Shown here: piece after piece, positions 8,573 to 18,332 of the stretch
How positions within the stretch are numbered: position 1 is the stretch's first letter
Layout of the letters: each line of letters starts with the position of its first letter
Sequence record: OZ035756.1
Strand: one strand, 5' to 3'
DNA: 64,000 bases
Origin: Tequatrovirus LF73P3
Notes under the pieces: generated by a model
Database searches by the model: none
What the model was told of the DNA's origin: nothing
Seen by the model: the letters and a program-made list of their open reading frames with translations, nothing else
Position numbers and translations under genes: made by a program

Positions 8573-9511
8573 TTATTTAAATTGTTCAGTAACGTCTTCA
8601 ACTACTTCGTATTGGCAGGTACGCATTTTAGCATCGTTGTAATCAATCGGAATTGATACTACATCGCGAGGATGTACTTTAACTTTTACAACTCGGCTGG
8701 TTGAACTGCCAAAGTGACGAATATAAGATTTAGAACATACATGCAGACCACGAGAACAAGTTTGTGTATCATCGTCGTTCACACGAGTACGTGGCATTTT
8801 AACTACTTTACCGGGACTGTTATCAAAAGTATTTGAATGACAATCAAAGTAATTGCTGCGAACTACTTTCCAAGCATAGAAGTAGCCATCTTCTGTAATT
8901 TCAATATCGTTCGCTACCAAGAAATCAAAGAGTCGAGATACCGCTTTTTGGCTCGGGTTTTCCAACAGATTTTCCAAGAATGGAAAATAAAATTCAAAGT
9001 TTTCGCCTTTTTCCATCGAATCGAGAATACGATCAACTAAACCAGATCGCAATTCAATATTTTGATAGAACAAGCTTCCACCTTCAATTCGAACATCACC
9101 GGAAATATATTTTTCAACAGCGCGACGAACGTTAATTTTTTGCGCTGCTTCTTCCAATTTATCTGCAACAAGCAGATTAAGAATTTCCTGGAAGTTTGAA
9201 TGAGTATTAGGAGTTGCGTTATAAGTTACACCGTCAACAGTAATTGAAATGAATTTTTTAGATGCATTCCAAATAATGTCAGATTTAGCAACTGGAGCAA
9301 TAACTGCATCGCTATTAACTTTAACTGTAATATCACCGCTAATAGTAACTTTAGAGCGCTCAGCTTCTTCAGCATTTTTCAAAACACGACGGATTGTGTC
9401 CACTGATACACCTTGCCAATCAGCCAATTCCTGTTGGGTGTAATTACCACTTGAATACAGTTTGACGATTTCAGCTTGTTCGTTTTTGGTCAGGCATTTA
9501 ATATTGTACAT
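8573..9511 (-). CDS. rIIB: rIIB protector from prophage-induced early lysis
   Basis: 312 aa, classic MYNIKCLTKNEQAEIVK... N-terminus. Confidence 0.9.
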   Translation of the reverse strand: MYNIKCLTKNEQAEIVKLYSSGNYTQQELADWQGVSVDTIRRVLKNAEEAERSKVTISGDITVKVNSDAVIAPVAKSDIIWNASKKFISITVDGVTYNATPNTHSNFQEILNLLVADKLEEAAQKINVRRAVEKYISGDVRIEGGSLFYQNIELRSGLVDRILDSMEKGENFEFYFPFLENLLENPSQKAVSRLFDFLVANDIEITEDGYFYAWKVVRSNYFDCHSNTFDNSPGKVVKMPRTRVNDDDTQTCSRGLHVCSKSYIRHFGSSTSRVVKVKVHPRDVVSIPIDYNDAKMRTCQYEVVEDVTEQFK

Positions 9512-9522
9512 AATTTTCCTTA

Positions 9523-11700
9523 TTAGGCCGCAAGGGCCTTCATAGTTTTAGCGATTTGGGAAACTTCATCATCACTTAAAGAGTTACGATAACCGATGAA
9601 GTCGGAAACAATACGGAATTTCTTGGTAAACTCAGCAACCATTTTATCACTATTTTTTGAAGCATTATTTGATAATACATCAAAAAGATTAGTTACTGTC
9701 CAGATGTCATGGCCGATGGTACCTTTTCCACCGTTGAAATATATACCCTGTAATGAACTAACCATATTACCAAGGCGAGTATATTCTTCAGAAACTTCAT
9801 CTACACTGAAGTACTTCATCATAAAATCGAGTTCAGGATACTTGATAATTTTATCAATATATCGTTTAGCTGAACTTGAATAACCTACATACTTATCATA
9901 ATCTACAGCATCAAAAGCATCTACATATAAATCACGCAGAGTTTCAAAAATACATTGGCACTGACCGAGTTCTTTTACCTTTTTCTGTAAAAGTGGACGA
10001 ATAACATAAAATTCATTAATGCCAATAAGATTAGCCATACGAGTCAAAATACTCGTAGATGGATGACAAAGCGATGTAGTGCCATCCATAGAGAAAATAT
10101 CAGAACGATGCATGTATGCTACGTAACCAGTAATTTCATCTGCTTCTGATGTGAGCGTAAACAATTCCTCTTTTTCCCAACGCCCGTCTTTAATTTCAAA
10201 CTTAAACGCAGTAGCAGCTTTAGGACGAGGAGCTTTACTTTTAACTGCCTTCGGAATATAACTTTTAACTAAAGCTTCAATTTCTGACAAATAATGAATG
10301 TTAACTTCATCACTTTCAAACATTGCCATAATATCAGGGAGTAAATCAATCTGCGATTCTACTTCCGGATTAATAAACAGAAGACGCTCATTATGATGAA
10401 TATTCAAAGTGTTATTAAATTCACTATCATCTAACGCATGCGCTAATCCACGGACAATATTAACACGATTTTTAATATTATCAATAACGATATTAATTTT
10501 TGTTGTATTAATACCGAACAGACGATAACTTGATGCAATGGCTGAAGTTTCATGGCTTTGCTTAATGCGTTTCAGCCGAGGGTCAAGATTTACTTCATAC
10601 ACAACTCCTGCATTGCATAACTTACTGTCAGGTTCAAACATGCTTTGCATCTTCTTATATGACAGATTTTTAGTCGTAAATTTGACTGAATTACTAATCA
10701 TATAATCTCGAGCAGAATATCCCATCTTCATCAATTCACGGTATGTATGACGAGGAGATGTAGATTCTTTAAATCGTTTTACATCTTCATTGAATGCCTT
10801 CTCACTAAGCTCTTTAACACGCTCAATAATATTTTTACGAGTACGATCATCTAGTGAAAGAGCTTCGCGTGATGGAGCAATATCCAGTGAACCCATTGGA
10901 AACTTAATGTAATTCACTTCATTGCGGATGCTTAACCAGTTACGGTCTCTAATAACACCATCGATAGGATAAACAATACCACCATAGATAGCATACAATC
11001 CACCACGATCTGGCCAATATCTTTCTGGATTTACGCCGTAATAGTCATCAAAATCCGGAAAATAATCAATTTCGCGGTCAAGACCATTAATGATAGCTAA
11101 ATCTTTGAATGGTCGCATGATATAAGAAACTTCATAAGCAAAGTTTCTAAAGTCTTTTTCTTCAACTGGAACTACGATTTCAATACCAGTTTTATCATCT
11201 GGACCCATTTCTTTTACGAACGTAGGTTTAATCTGTGGACCATCACCATCCATGTAAGCTACATAACCACGAATTTCGCCTTTATGATATGAAGTAATAC
11301 TAAATGTATCAGTATAACTAAACGGAGATTTAGAACCTAAACCAAATCCACCAATGAAATCGTTAGATTCAGCCTTAGATGAACTAAAGTATGAATTATA
11401 CAACCCAGGAGAATTATCATCACCTTGAATATCAAAATCGCTCATACCCGGACCAAAATCTCGGCAAACAAATCGTGGATCTAATCGTCCTGGAACTTGA
11501 ATGATAAATTTTTCAGGATTTCCATTGAGAGCATGGGCATCAATCATGTTGGTAATCAATTCACGGACTACTGCGCGAATCTTGTTTGTATACAAATCAG
11601 ATGACAGAATTTTGAATACTTTAGGAGATGCTGTGATGCTAAATGCTTTTGATTTAGAACCATTACCAAGAATTGTTTCTTTTTCAGTGGTGATAATCAT
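9523..11700 (-). CDS. rIIA: rIIA
   Basis: 725 aa, GHKL-ATPase-like N-terminal region (ELITNMIDA...GLGSKS), same length as T4 rIIA. Confidence 0.9.
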   Translation of the reverse strand: MIITTEKETILGNGSKSKAFSITASPKVFKILSSDLYTNKIRAVVRELITNMIDAHALNGNPEKFIIQVPGRLDPRFVCRDFGPGMSDFDIQGDDNSPGLYNSYFSSSKAESNDFIGGFGLGSKSPFSYTDTFSITSYHKGEIRGYVAYMDGDGPQIKPTFVKEMGPDDKTGIEIVVPVEEKDFRNFAYEVSYIMRPFKDLAIINGLDREIDYFPDFDDYYGVNPERYWPDRGGLYAIYGGIVYPIDGVIRDRNWLSIRNEVNYIKFPMGSLDIAPSREALSLDDRTRKNIIERVKELSEKAFNEDVKRFKESTSPRHTYRELMKMGYSARDYMISNSVKFTTKNLSYKKMQSMFEPDSKLCNAGVVYEVNLDPRLKRIKQSHETSAIASSYRLFGINTTKINIVIDNIKNRVNIVRGLAHALDDSEFNNTLNIHHNERLLFINPEVESQIDLLPDIMAMFESDEVNIHYLSEIEALVKSYIPKAVKSKAPRPKAATAFKFEIKDGRWEKEELFTLTSEADEITGYVAYMHRSDIFSMDGTTSLCHPSTSILTRMANLIGINEFYVIRPLLQKKVKELGQCQCIFETLRDLYVDAFDAVDYDKYVGYSSSAKRYIDKIIKYPELDFMMKYFSVDEVSEEYTRLGNMVSSLQGIYFNGGKGTIGHDIWTVTNLFDVLSNNASKNSDKMVAEFTKKFRIVSDFIGYRNSLSDDEVSQIAKTMKALAA

Positions 11701-11710
11701 AATTTCCTCA

Positions 11711-11914
11711 TTAATTCATATTGCGTTTAATAACTTCAGCAACTTCTAGTAGTTCATCTTTAGTTGCGGTGTCGGATTGAATTTTATCTCTAATATCCTT
11801 AAAGCGGTTTTTAAACTCTTCAGCTTCTCCCATATCGAAAAAGCGTTGGATGATTCTATATTCTCGATGAACTGCTTTATCAAAAAGTTCTAAATTTACT
11901 TTATATGATTTCAT
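11711..11914 (-). CDS. hypothetical protein (67 aa), rIIA.1 position
   Basis: ORF with SD GAGGA downstream of promoter at 11940..11969. Confidence 0.5.
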   Translation of the reverse strand: MKSYKVNLELFDKAVHREYRIIQRFFDMGEAEEFKNRFKDIRDKIQSDTATKDELLEVAEVIKRNMN

Positions 11915-11939
11915 TTCAATATCCTCATTTGCCCAATTA

Positions 11940-11969
11940 ATTATACCACATCCTTGTGGTAAAGTAAAC
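11940..11969 (-). promoter_or_regulatory. Early promoter (GTTTAC, spacer CCACAAGGATGTGG, TGGTATAAT)
   Basis: minus-strand GTTTACtttaccacaaggatgtggTATAAT; -35 overlaps the gene 39 stop codon; near-identical copy at 55035..55064. Confidence 0.6.
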
Positions 11970-13789
11970 TACTGGCTCATCCATTCTTTACGAAGGTCAG
12001 CATTATCCCCCATGAGCATTTCAAAAAGCTCTTTCCAGTTCTCAGGAAGTTTAACAACATCATATACCGGATTTTGAATCATCTCACGATATTCAGATTT
12101 TTCCAAAGAGCCAAGTCCCTTAATATAACGGATGCTATGTTTAGGTAGAGCATCTTTGGCACTCTCATATTCAGCGACTGTATAAAACCATTCTTGTTTT
12201 TTACCGACCTGAGCGATGATTACGGGAGTTTTGACGAAGCGAATTCTTCCTTGTTCAAACAGTTCCGGCCAATTACTAAAAAATCCGAGCAGAGAAGGAT
12301 AAATGCTTCCTAGACCATCGTGGTCAGCATCAGTCATAATAGCAATATTATGATAATTCAAGTTTTCAGCTTTTTCACCAAGAACTAATCCAGTGATTGC
12401 GCAAATATCAAACAGTTCTTTGTTTTTAAGCATATCAGCATATGACATACCCCAACTGTTGAGAACTTTACCACGCAATGGATAACCACCGTGAAGTTCT
12501 TTATCACGAACATCAATAAGATATCCGATAGCAGAATCACCTTCAGTCAAGAAAAGAGTCGTGTCAGCATCTTTACCACAAAGATTCGCTTTAATATGTT
12601 TATGAACCTTAGCTTTAGAAGCCTTTTTAGCTGCTTTAGTTTCTGCTGCTTTTTCTGCCGCCAATTTACGAGCCAAGGCAGCTTCAATAATTGGCATTAA
12701 AATTGCTTCATTGTTTAAAATAGCGCGTGAAATCTTTTTAGCATCAAGCTGAATATGACTACGAATTTCACCAAATGGAGAAGTCAAACGCTCTTTAGTT
12801 TGAGAATCAAATCGCATGTTTTTCATATCACGAACAAACATAACGATAGTCAAGCATTCTTTAACACGTGCTTTAGTTACATCAATTTTGAACTTGCGTT
12901 TAATTTGTGGAATAAGGTCTTCACAAATATCATCCATAACGCAGTCAATGTGATGGCCGCCATTCTTAGTATGAATGTTATTGACATATGTTAATTGACG
13001 AAAACCATCTGGTGAACGACCGACTGCAATAGAACAGTTTTCCTGTTCTTGAACGATAGCATGCTCATCATATTGGCGTGCGTATTTCTTAAAATTACCC
13101 TGAACCTTTTTACCGTTAAAGGTAAATTGAATATCAGGATAAACTACTGCAAGTGTCTGGAGACGATCCAGTGTAATGTCAAGATAAACTTGAGATAGCT
13201 CATTAGTTTCAAATGACATAAAATCAGGAATGAAAGTAACACGAGTTCCTTTCCATTTTCCAGGAATAGTTTCCCATGATTTATTTTCCATGCCATTTGA
13301 ACAACGAACTACAATATTATTTTGACCGTCGCCAGTTTCACCAACAAACATTACAGAAAAAATGTTAGTTAAACTAGAACCAACACCGTTCATACCACCA
13401 GTGACGCGTTCTTTATCATCACCGAAGTTACCACCTGCTTTTGGAATAGTCCAGGCAGCAACAGGACCAGGAATTTCTTCGCCGGTAGGTGTTTTAACCA
13501 TCGCTTGTGGAATACCGCGACCGTTATCTTCAACTGTTACTTGATTGTTTTTGATAGTAACATTAATTTTATTTGCGAATTTAAACTTAGTACGAATACC
13601 TTCATCTACTGAGTTATCGATAATTTCATCAATAAGCTTAACAAGACCAGGTACATACTGAACACTTTCCCATTTACCAAACAGAAAGCGCTCATGCATT
13701 TCATTAGCGGAAGAGCCAATGTACATGCCGCTACGCTTTTTGATATGTTCAATATCGCTCAGAATTTTAATTTCATTCTTAATCATCAC
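11969..13789 (-). CDS. 39: DNA topoisomerase II large (ATPase) subunit, single fused gene 39 (covers the region split off as gene 60 in T4)
   Basis: 606 aa continuous ORF, GyrB-like; T4 gp39 is about 516 aa plus separate gp60; T2-type fused form is about 605 aa. Confidence 0.9.
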   Translation of the reverse strand: MMIKNEIKILSDIEHIKKRSGMYIGSSANEMHERFLFGKWESVQYVPGLVKLIDEIIDNSVDEGIRTKFKFANKINVTIKNNQVTVEDNGRGIPQAMVKTPTGEEIPGPVAAWTIPKAGGNFGDDKERVTGGMNGVGSSLTNIFSVMFVGETGDGQNNIVVRCSNGMENKSWETIPGKWKGTRVTFIPDFMSFETNELSQVYLDITLDRLQTLAVVYPDIQFTFNGKKVQGNFKKYARQYDEHAIVQEQENCSIAVGRSPDGFRQLTYVNNIHTKNGGHHIDCVMDDICEDLIPQIKRKFKIDVTKARVKECLTIVMFVRDMKNMRFDSQTKERLTSPFGEIRSHIQLDAKKISRAILNNEAILMPIIEAALARKLAAEKAAETKAAKKASKAKVHKHIKANLCGKDADTTLFLTEGDSAIGYLIDVRDKELHGGYPLRGKVLNSWGMSYADMLKNKELFDICAITGLVLGEKAENLNYHNIAIMTDADHDGLGSIYPSLLGFFSNWPELFEQGRIRFVKTPVIIAQVGKKQEWFYTVAEYESAKDALPKHSIRYIKGLGSLEKSEYREMIQNPVYDVVKLPENWKELFEMLMGDNADLRKEWMSQ

Positions 13790-13811
13790 TTATCCTCGTT
13801 TGGTTTCGGGA

Positions 13812-13836
13812 ATATTATACTCCGGTAATCATAAAG
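13812..13836 (-). promoter_or_regulatory. Candidate MotA-dependent middle promoter (GCTTTA box, 12 bp, TATAAT) upstream of gene 39
   Basis: minus-strand aGCTTTAtgattaccggagTATAAT; spacing fits the T4 middle promoter rule. Confidence 0.4.
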
Positions 13837-13855
13837 CTAAAGGCCCGAAGGCCTT

Positions 13856-14128
13856 TTATTTAAAACGGATAGTCGAATCCTTGAAGAATAGACCAGAACA
13901 CACGGTTCCTTCTACTTTCTGCCCAGTAGGTCCAATAGCACGAAATCCAGTATGTTGGAAATCATTTTCAGAGCAACCGAACCAGTTATATCCAGTGATT
14001 TCAATATTAGTAAAACCGCTTGAAGACAAAACTTTGGTTGCATTATCAGCATCAGTACATCCTACTAAAGATACTGCTAATACTAATGCCGCGATAGAAC
14101 GATTAACATATTTCATAATTTCACTCAA
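13856..14128 (-). CDS. putative lipoprotein (90 aa)
   Basis: signal peptide with lipobox LVGC (…AALVLAVSLVGCTD). Confidence 0.5.
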   Translation of the reverse strand: MSEIMKYVNRSIAALVLAVSLVGCTDADNATKVLSSSGFTNIEITGYNWFGCSENDFQHTGFRAIGPTGQKVEGTVCSGLFFKDSTIRFK

Positions 14129-14492
14129 ATTTAATGGCTTGAAGGAGACTAATAATTCTCAAGCGACTTCTTTCATCTTTAACTGTAAAAGAAAGAGGGT
14201 CACCAGATTTCATAGTAATAGTGCATTCAAAATCAAAATCTTCGGGAACTTCTTCGAAGAAGTCAAATTCTTCATCATATATTAGAACATTACTCTGAAA
14301 ACTGTGAAGAATTTTTCCGTCATTTCCAGATGCTGTACTAATCATTGTAACATTATTACCTTTCATATCTTCAACGATAAATTCGCTTGTAGATATTACG
14401 GCATTAATAGAACCATTCCTATAAATAGCAGAAAATAGATATTTCTTTTCTTCACCTTCGCGAATGCGATATTTCTTACCAATTTTAAACAT
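14121..14492 (-). CDS. hypothetical protein (123 aa)
   Basis: six-frame ORF. Confidence 0.45.
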   Translation of the reverse strand: MFKIGKKYRIREGEEKKYLFSAIYRNGSINAVISTSEFIVEDMKGNNVTMISTASGNDGKILHSFQSNVLIYDEEFDFFEEVPEDFDFECTITMKSGDPLSFTVKDERSRLRIISLLQAIKFE

Positions 14493-14494
14493 AA

Positions 14495-14671
14495 TTACCC
14501 TTTAAGTAAGTCGTAAAAACCACCATTCACATGCTTAGGAGCGGAAACTAACCGAATAGCAATCCGATGACAATCAGGACATACATCAGTATCCCTTTCA
14601 GAAATTTTCTTGATTTTTTCGTATTCTTTTTCGCAGTCTTTGGATTGACATTTATAATCATAAAGCGGCAT
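14495..14671 (-). CDS. small zinc-ribbon protein (58 aa)
   Basis: hand-translated MPLYDYKCQSKDCEKEYEKIKKISERDTDVCPDCHRIAIRL...; two CxxC pairs; SD AAGGAA. Confidence 0.5.
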   Translation of the reverse strand: MPLYDYKCQSKDCEKEYEKIKKISERDTDVCPDCHRIAIRLVSAPKHVNGGFYDLLKG

Positions 14672-14673
14672 AA

Positions 14674-15087
14674 TTATTCCTTAAAGTGAGCTTTCAACAT
14701 CTGATACAAAGACCATGCCTGTACATTATTTTCAATAGTAATGTTCATAACCGGGAATTCAGATGGATCAGTTATTGTTGCAGATTCTTCCTGCTCTTCA
14801 GCTGCCTGGTATGGATTTTCAACTTCATTAAAGAATTCAGCTTCATTCGATGAAAGCCAAATAAAATCTTCATCCAAAATATCTTTACCAGAAGATAGTA
14901 CTAAATTTCCAGCAAATGACATAATTTTAATAGGACGCCCAAGAGCATCCACATCTAAAATTTTAAAAGGATGCATACCTAAACGGCGTGCATAGATTCC
15001 GTTATCAGTATGGTCTTTAATAAAATTTTCTTGAGCTTGTTTATTTTTAAATTGATACCATTTATTAACTTCAAATTTAATAGCCAT
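14674..15087 (-). CDS. hypothetical acidic protein (137 aa), goF position
   Basis: six-frame ORF; position corresponds to goF/comC-alpha in T4 but not verified. Confidence 0.45.
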   Translation of the reverse strand: MAIKFEVNKWYQFKNKQAQENFIKDHTDNGIYARRLGMHPFKILDVDALGRPIKIMSFAGNLVLSSGKDILDEDFIWLSSNEAEFFNEVENPYQAAEEQEESATITDPSEFPVMNITIENNVQAWSLYQMLKAHFKE

Positions 15088-15302
15088 TAATAAATTTCCT
15101 TCCAGTAAGTTGTACCGTCTTCAGTGATTTCACGAAATACACCGTAAATTGGTTGTTTATCCCCAACCTTTTCATACACATAAACCGAAGTCAAGTGAGT
15201 AAACTTAGCAGTGTGTTCCTTTTGAACTACTACCAAATCTGGATCGAATAACACATCTTCAAATTCGTCATTAGTGCAGTTCTGAACAATTTTACGTTTC
15301 AT
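15087..15302 (-). CDS. hypothetical protein (71 aa), cef position
   Basis: 71 aa as T4 cef; synteny only. Confidence 0.4.
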   Translation of the reverse strand: MKRKIVQNCTNDEFEDVLFDPDLVVVQKEHTAKFTHLTSVYVYEKVGDKQPIYGVFREITEDGTTYWKEIY

Positions 15303-15474
15303 TACAATTTCCTCGTTAATTGAACATTGGAGCGATGCGTTTCAGAAGAGTAGCAGCACCTTTGGCAAATTTTCCATTTTATTCTCCAAGTTATTTTCTG
15401 TATCAGTAGTTGATATTGATATAGTACCATAATCAACTACTGATGTATATAGTTTTATGAAAAAATTTTAAACT

Positions 15475-15972
15475 TTATGCATAGCGAGCTTTGCTATAGT
15501 GTTTAATCCAACTTTCAGGAATGACTTTGTATGTTCCTAAAAATACCGCGTTGTACAACTTAACGCCATCTTCTACCCATTGATCGGTAATGTATGCACA
15601 CATAGCGCGAGTACGATGTTTTTGAACAACCCCTTCCTCATCTTCAGTAAATTCAAATTCATAAGGAGCGACGAACTTAATAGCCTGACCGAGTTTCCAC
15701 TTAAAGTCTACACCTACATGCGAAGTATCAATCGTTTCAATTCCTTTAGCAGGAACAGCTTTCAAAAACGCAGATTCAAGAAATTTCGCACGAACATAAC
15801 CAAACTGAGGTTTAGACTTTCCATCTTTAGGAATGATACGCACTTTTACTTCAGAATCTTCATCTTTAACACCGTGTTTAAGCTGAATGCTTACAATTTC
15901 GACCAATTTTCCTGCTGCTTTAGAACGGGATTTATCAGATACACGAGCAATTTCACCAATATTAATAATCAT
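15475..15972 (-). CDS. MotB-like protein (165 aa), paralogue of next gene
   Basis: shares C-terminal motif (ITDQWVEDGVKLYNAVF... vs VTDQWIEDGVELLNVVH...) with 16049..16591. Confidence 0.5.
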   Translation of the reverse strand: MIINIGEIARVSDKSRSKAAGKLVEIVSIQLKHGVKDEDSEVKVRIIPKDGKSKPQFGYVRAKFLESAFLKAVPAKGIETIDTSHVGVDFKWKLGQAIKFVAPYEFEFTEDEEGVVQKHRTRAMCAYITDQWVEDGVKLYNAVFLGTYKVIPESWIKHYSKARYA

Positions 15973-16048
15973 AGTTATCTCTCACTTGTTAAAAAGATTT
16001 TATACTCCACAGGACCATTATACTCTGGTCCCAAGAGTTTGTAAACTA

Positions 16049-16591
16049 TTAATTCAAAATAGCTACCACTGCACTACGAGGTACTACACTAAAATCACCT
16101 GCATGAACAACGTTCAGAAGTTCAACGCCATCTTCAATCCACTGGTCTGTTACCCAACCGCAGACCGAAATAAATGGGGTCTTAATAGCTACAGCACGAG
16201 TTAGAAGGTCAGTAGGATCGCATTCTTGGAAGAGGATAAGCTCTGCTTCAAAGACTATAGTTTTAATTACTTCATCATTATCTAAGCGTTGTGCTCGAAT
16301 CACGTAAGCTTTATTCTTATCGTGCCAGTTACTTTTTGAAAAACTTTTAACCACAAACTCGCCTTCACCAAAAACACTAGTCAATGCTTTATAACCCAAA
16401 CTTAGTTCAGTAGTTTTAATTTCAGTTTCAACCAGTTTGTAGATTTTGCCAATTTCAATAGTCCGAGCAGTCATAGTAGGTTCCTTAATTTCCAATGGTT
16501 TAACAGGGCATACATAAGTGCTTACAACATCAAAATCAATCAGTTTAGCTACCGGATTTGGAGTGTATTCAGGATTATAATTAAATTTCAT
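16049..16591 (-). CDS. MotB-like paralogue (180 aa)
   Basis: paralogous to 15475..15972. Confidence 0.5.
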   Translation of the reverse strand: MKFNYNPEYTPNPVAKLIDFDVVSTYVCPVKPLEIKEPTMTARTIEIGKIYKLVETEIKTTELSLGYKALTSVFGEGEFVVKSFSKSNWHDKNKAYVIRAQRLDNDEVIKTIVFEAELILFQECDPTDLLTRAVAIKTPFISVCGWVTDQWIEDGVELLNVVHAGDFSVVPRSAVVAILN

Positions 16592-16593
16592 AA

Positions 16594-17094
16594 TTATCTC
16601 ATTTCAATAAAATCTACAAGTTCAGCATGGGATTTACGGAACATTACTTGGTGTCCGCCAATGATAACTTCATCTTCAGGAACTTCGTATACAGCAAGAT
16701 AAAATCCTTTAGAAGATAATTCTTCACGTTCTTCTCGTGTGAACCATCTCATCATATCATATTCACTAGCGAAAGCAAAATGATAAAGAGCTATAAACCA
16801 TCCTGGAATATGATATTCTACTCCAACATAATCTTTCTTGAACTTAGTATTAATTACTATATTAGCGTTTTTAACTAATAGTTTATCTTCGTATGGTAAA
16901 GGAATTCTTTTATTATTATCGCTATGATGCATAAAATTAGGTCTACTATAACCTACACGTAATAGCCACTCTTCGCTCCATGAATCTATTATACTCCTGT
17001 ACGGCGTTATTTGAACACAAAGATTTCGACGTATTGTTATAGCATCTTCATAATCAAGAATACTAAACGATGATTCAACACGATAAATTTTCAT
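16594..17094 (-). CDS. hypothetical protein (about 166 aa; start trimmed to ATG with SD GAGGA)
   Basis: track start 17133 lies upstream of the promoter at 17122..17151. Confidence 0.45.
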   Translation of the reverse strand: MKIYRVESSFSILDYEDAITIRRNLCVQITPYRSIIDSWSEEWLLRVGYSRPNFMHHSDNNKRIPLPYEDKLLVKNANIVINTKFKKDYVGVEYHIPGWFIALYHFAFASEYDMMRWFTREEREELSSKGFYLAVYEVPEDEVIIGGHQVMFRKSHAELVDFIEMR

Positions 17095-17121
17095 TTTATT
17101 ATCCTCAGTAGCTATGGTGTT

Positions 17122-17151
17122 ATAATACCACAACTAACCGAGGAAGTAAAC
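17122..17151 (-). promoter_or_regulatory. Early promoter (GTTTAC, TGGTATTAT)
   Basis: minus-strand GTTTACttcctcggttagttgtggTATTATAA. Confidence 0.55.
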
Positions 17152-17157
17152 AACTTT

Positions 17158-17841
17158 TTATCGTTTTGTTGGAAGAGACAGAGGATCGCACTCTTCCTCT
17201 GACGGAGCATCTTCAAGACCCATAGCATATCGCAAAGCATACTTCATCATCAGGATGTCTTTCGCACAATCATGAATAGAATCATGCGCAACGAATCCGT
17301 CTAAAGTTCCCTTTGGAAGAGGACATGTGGTCATATCACGAACAAGCAGAAGTGCTTCAATTCTGGTACGAATATCACGCTGATTCCAGAATTTACATGG
17401 TTCTAACTTAAATGTATCAAGCTCATTCTCAGAAACGCCGTTAAAACGTTGAATATCGCGAATGAGATCAACTAAAATTGGAAAATCAAACGACATTCCA
17501 CGGCACCAGCCTTGAGATTTCCAAGGATCGATGTTATGTGCATTGATGTAATCATTAAATTTTGCAATACCATCGATAGTGCTTACATCTTCATCCGATG
17601 GTGCAATATTTTTTCGAGCTTCAGGAGATTGATTTTTCCACCATTCGATAGTGCTTTTAGTAAAAAGACGATGTCCTTTTTGGCTTTTTAAATCAAACTT
17701 GATTTTAATGCCGCGTGAAACTAATTCATCAAATGTTTCAACTACTTCTGGATTAGGGTCAAAGGCAATAACAGCTAAGTCAATAACAGCTGCCTTTTCA
17801 CCGCTTCCCATTGTTTCAAAATCTATAATAAAATCAAACAT
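17158..17841 (-). CDS. dexA: DexA exonuclease A (DnaQ-like 3'-5' exonuclease)
   Basis: 227 aa from ATG at 17841 (MFDFIIDFETMGSG... Exo I motif); track start is an upstream GTG. Confidence 0.8.
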   Translation of the reverse strand: MFDFIIDFETMGSGEKAAVIDLAVIAFDPNPEVVETFDELVSRGIKIKFDLKSQKGHRLFTKSTIEWWKNQSPEARKNIAPSDEDVSTIDGIAKFNDYINAHNIDPWKSQGWCRGMSFDFPILVDLIRDIQRFNGVSENELDTFKLEPCKFWNQRDIRTRIEALLLVRDMTTCPLPKGTLDGFVAHDSIHDCAKDILMMKYALRYAMGLEDAPSEEECDPLSLPTKR

Positions 17842-18094
17842 TAATAATCGCCTTATAAAGATGGCTAATTTCACCTAAAATATAATCACTGATTGTGACA
17901 GTTTTCACTCTACCGCAAAAGAATTCTAACGCAGTCAAATCTCGTTCAATTTCTTCCAATTGAAGCATTAACTTACTAGACTCAATTTTTACAGTTTCAT
18001 AATTTTTACTATAAGATATTTCATAAATTTCGCTTACTTTATCTTGAAGAAGATAAAACTGATCTTTAGTTATTTCCACGAATAGCTTCCTCAA
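17834..18094 (-). CDS. hypothetical protein (86 aa)
   Basis: six-frame ORF. Confidence 0.4.
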   Translation of the reverse strand: MRKLFVEITKDQFYLLQDKVSEIYEISYSKNYETVKIESSKLMLQLEEIERDLTALEFFCGRVKTVTISDYILGEISHLYKAIINV

Positions 18095-18326
18095 ATTTAA
18101 TCAGCAGCTTACAGACACTTTCATCTAGCGTAATTACCGTGTCTGTATTACTATGATATGATTGTTTTTCAATTCGTTTAACTGCTAGTATAGTATCACT
18201 TATAAGATTAAGCTTATAAAGGAGCTCAGCTCCTGTTATCATAACACTGAGGTTATCTTGCTTATCAGTATGCTTCTTTATACCATCTATTAGACGATTT
18301 AAATATTTTGAATTGATGTTAATCAT
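18066..18326 (-). CDS. hypothetical protein (86 aa)
   Basis: six-frame ORF. Confidence 0.4.
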   Translation of the reverse strand: MININSKYLNRLIDGIKKHTDKQDNLSVMITGAELLYKLNLISDTILAVKRIEKQSYHSNTDTVITLDESVCKLLIKFEEAIRGNN

Positions 18327-18332
18327 ATATCC

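Noticed and set aside
15303-15475. Non-coding RNA gene in the 170-bp gap between the cef-position ORF and the motB-like gene
   Set aside because: Only an inverted repeat and AT-rich sequence are visible, with no clear promoter-terminator pair defining a small RNA; reported as a regulatory inverted repeat instead.
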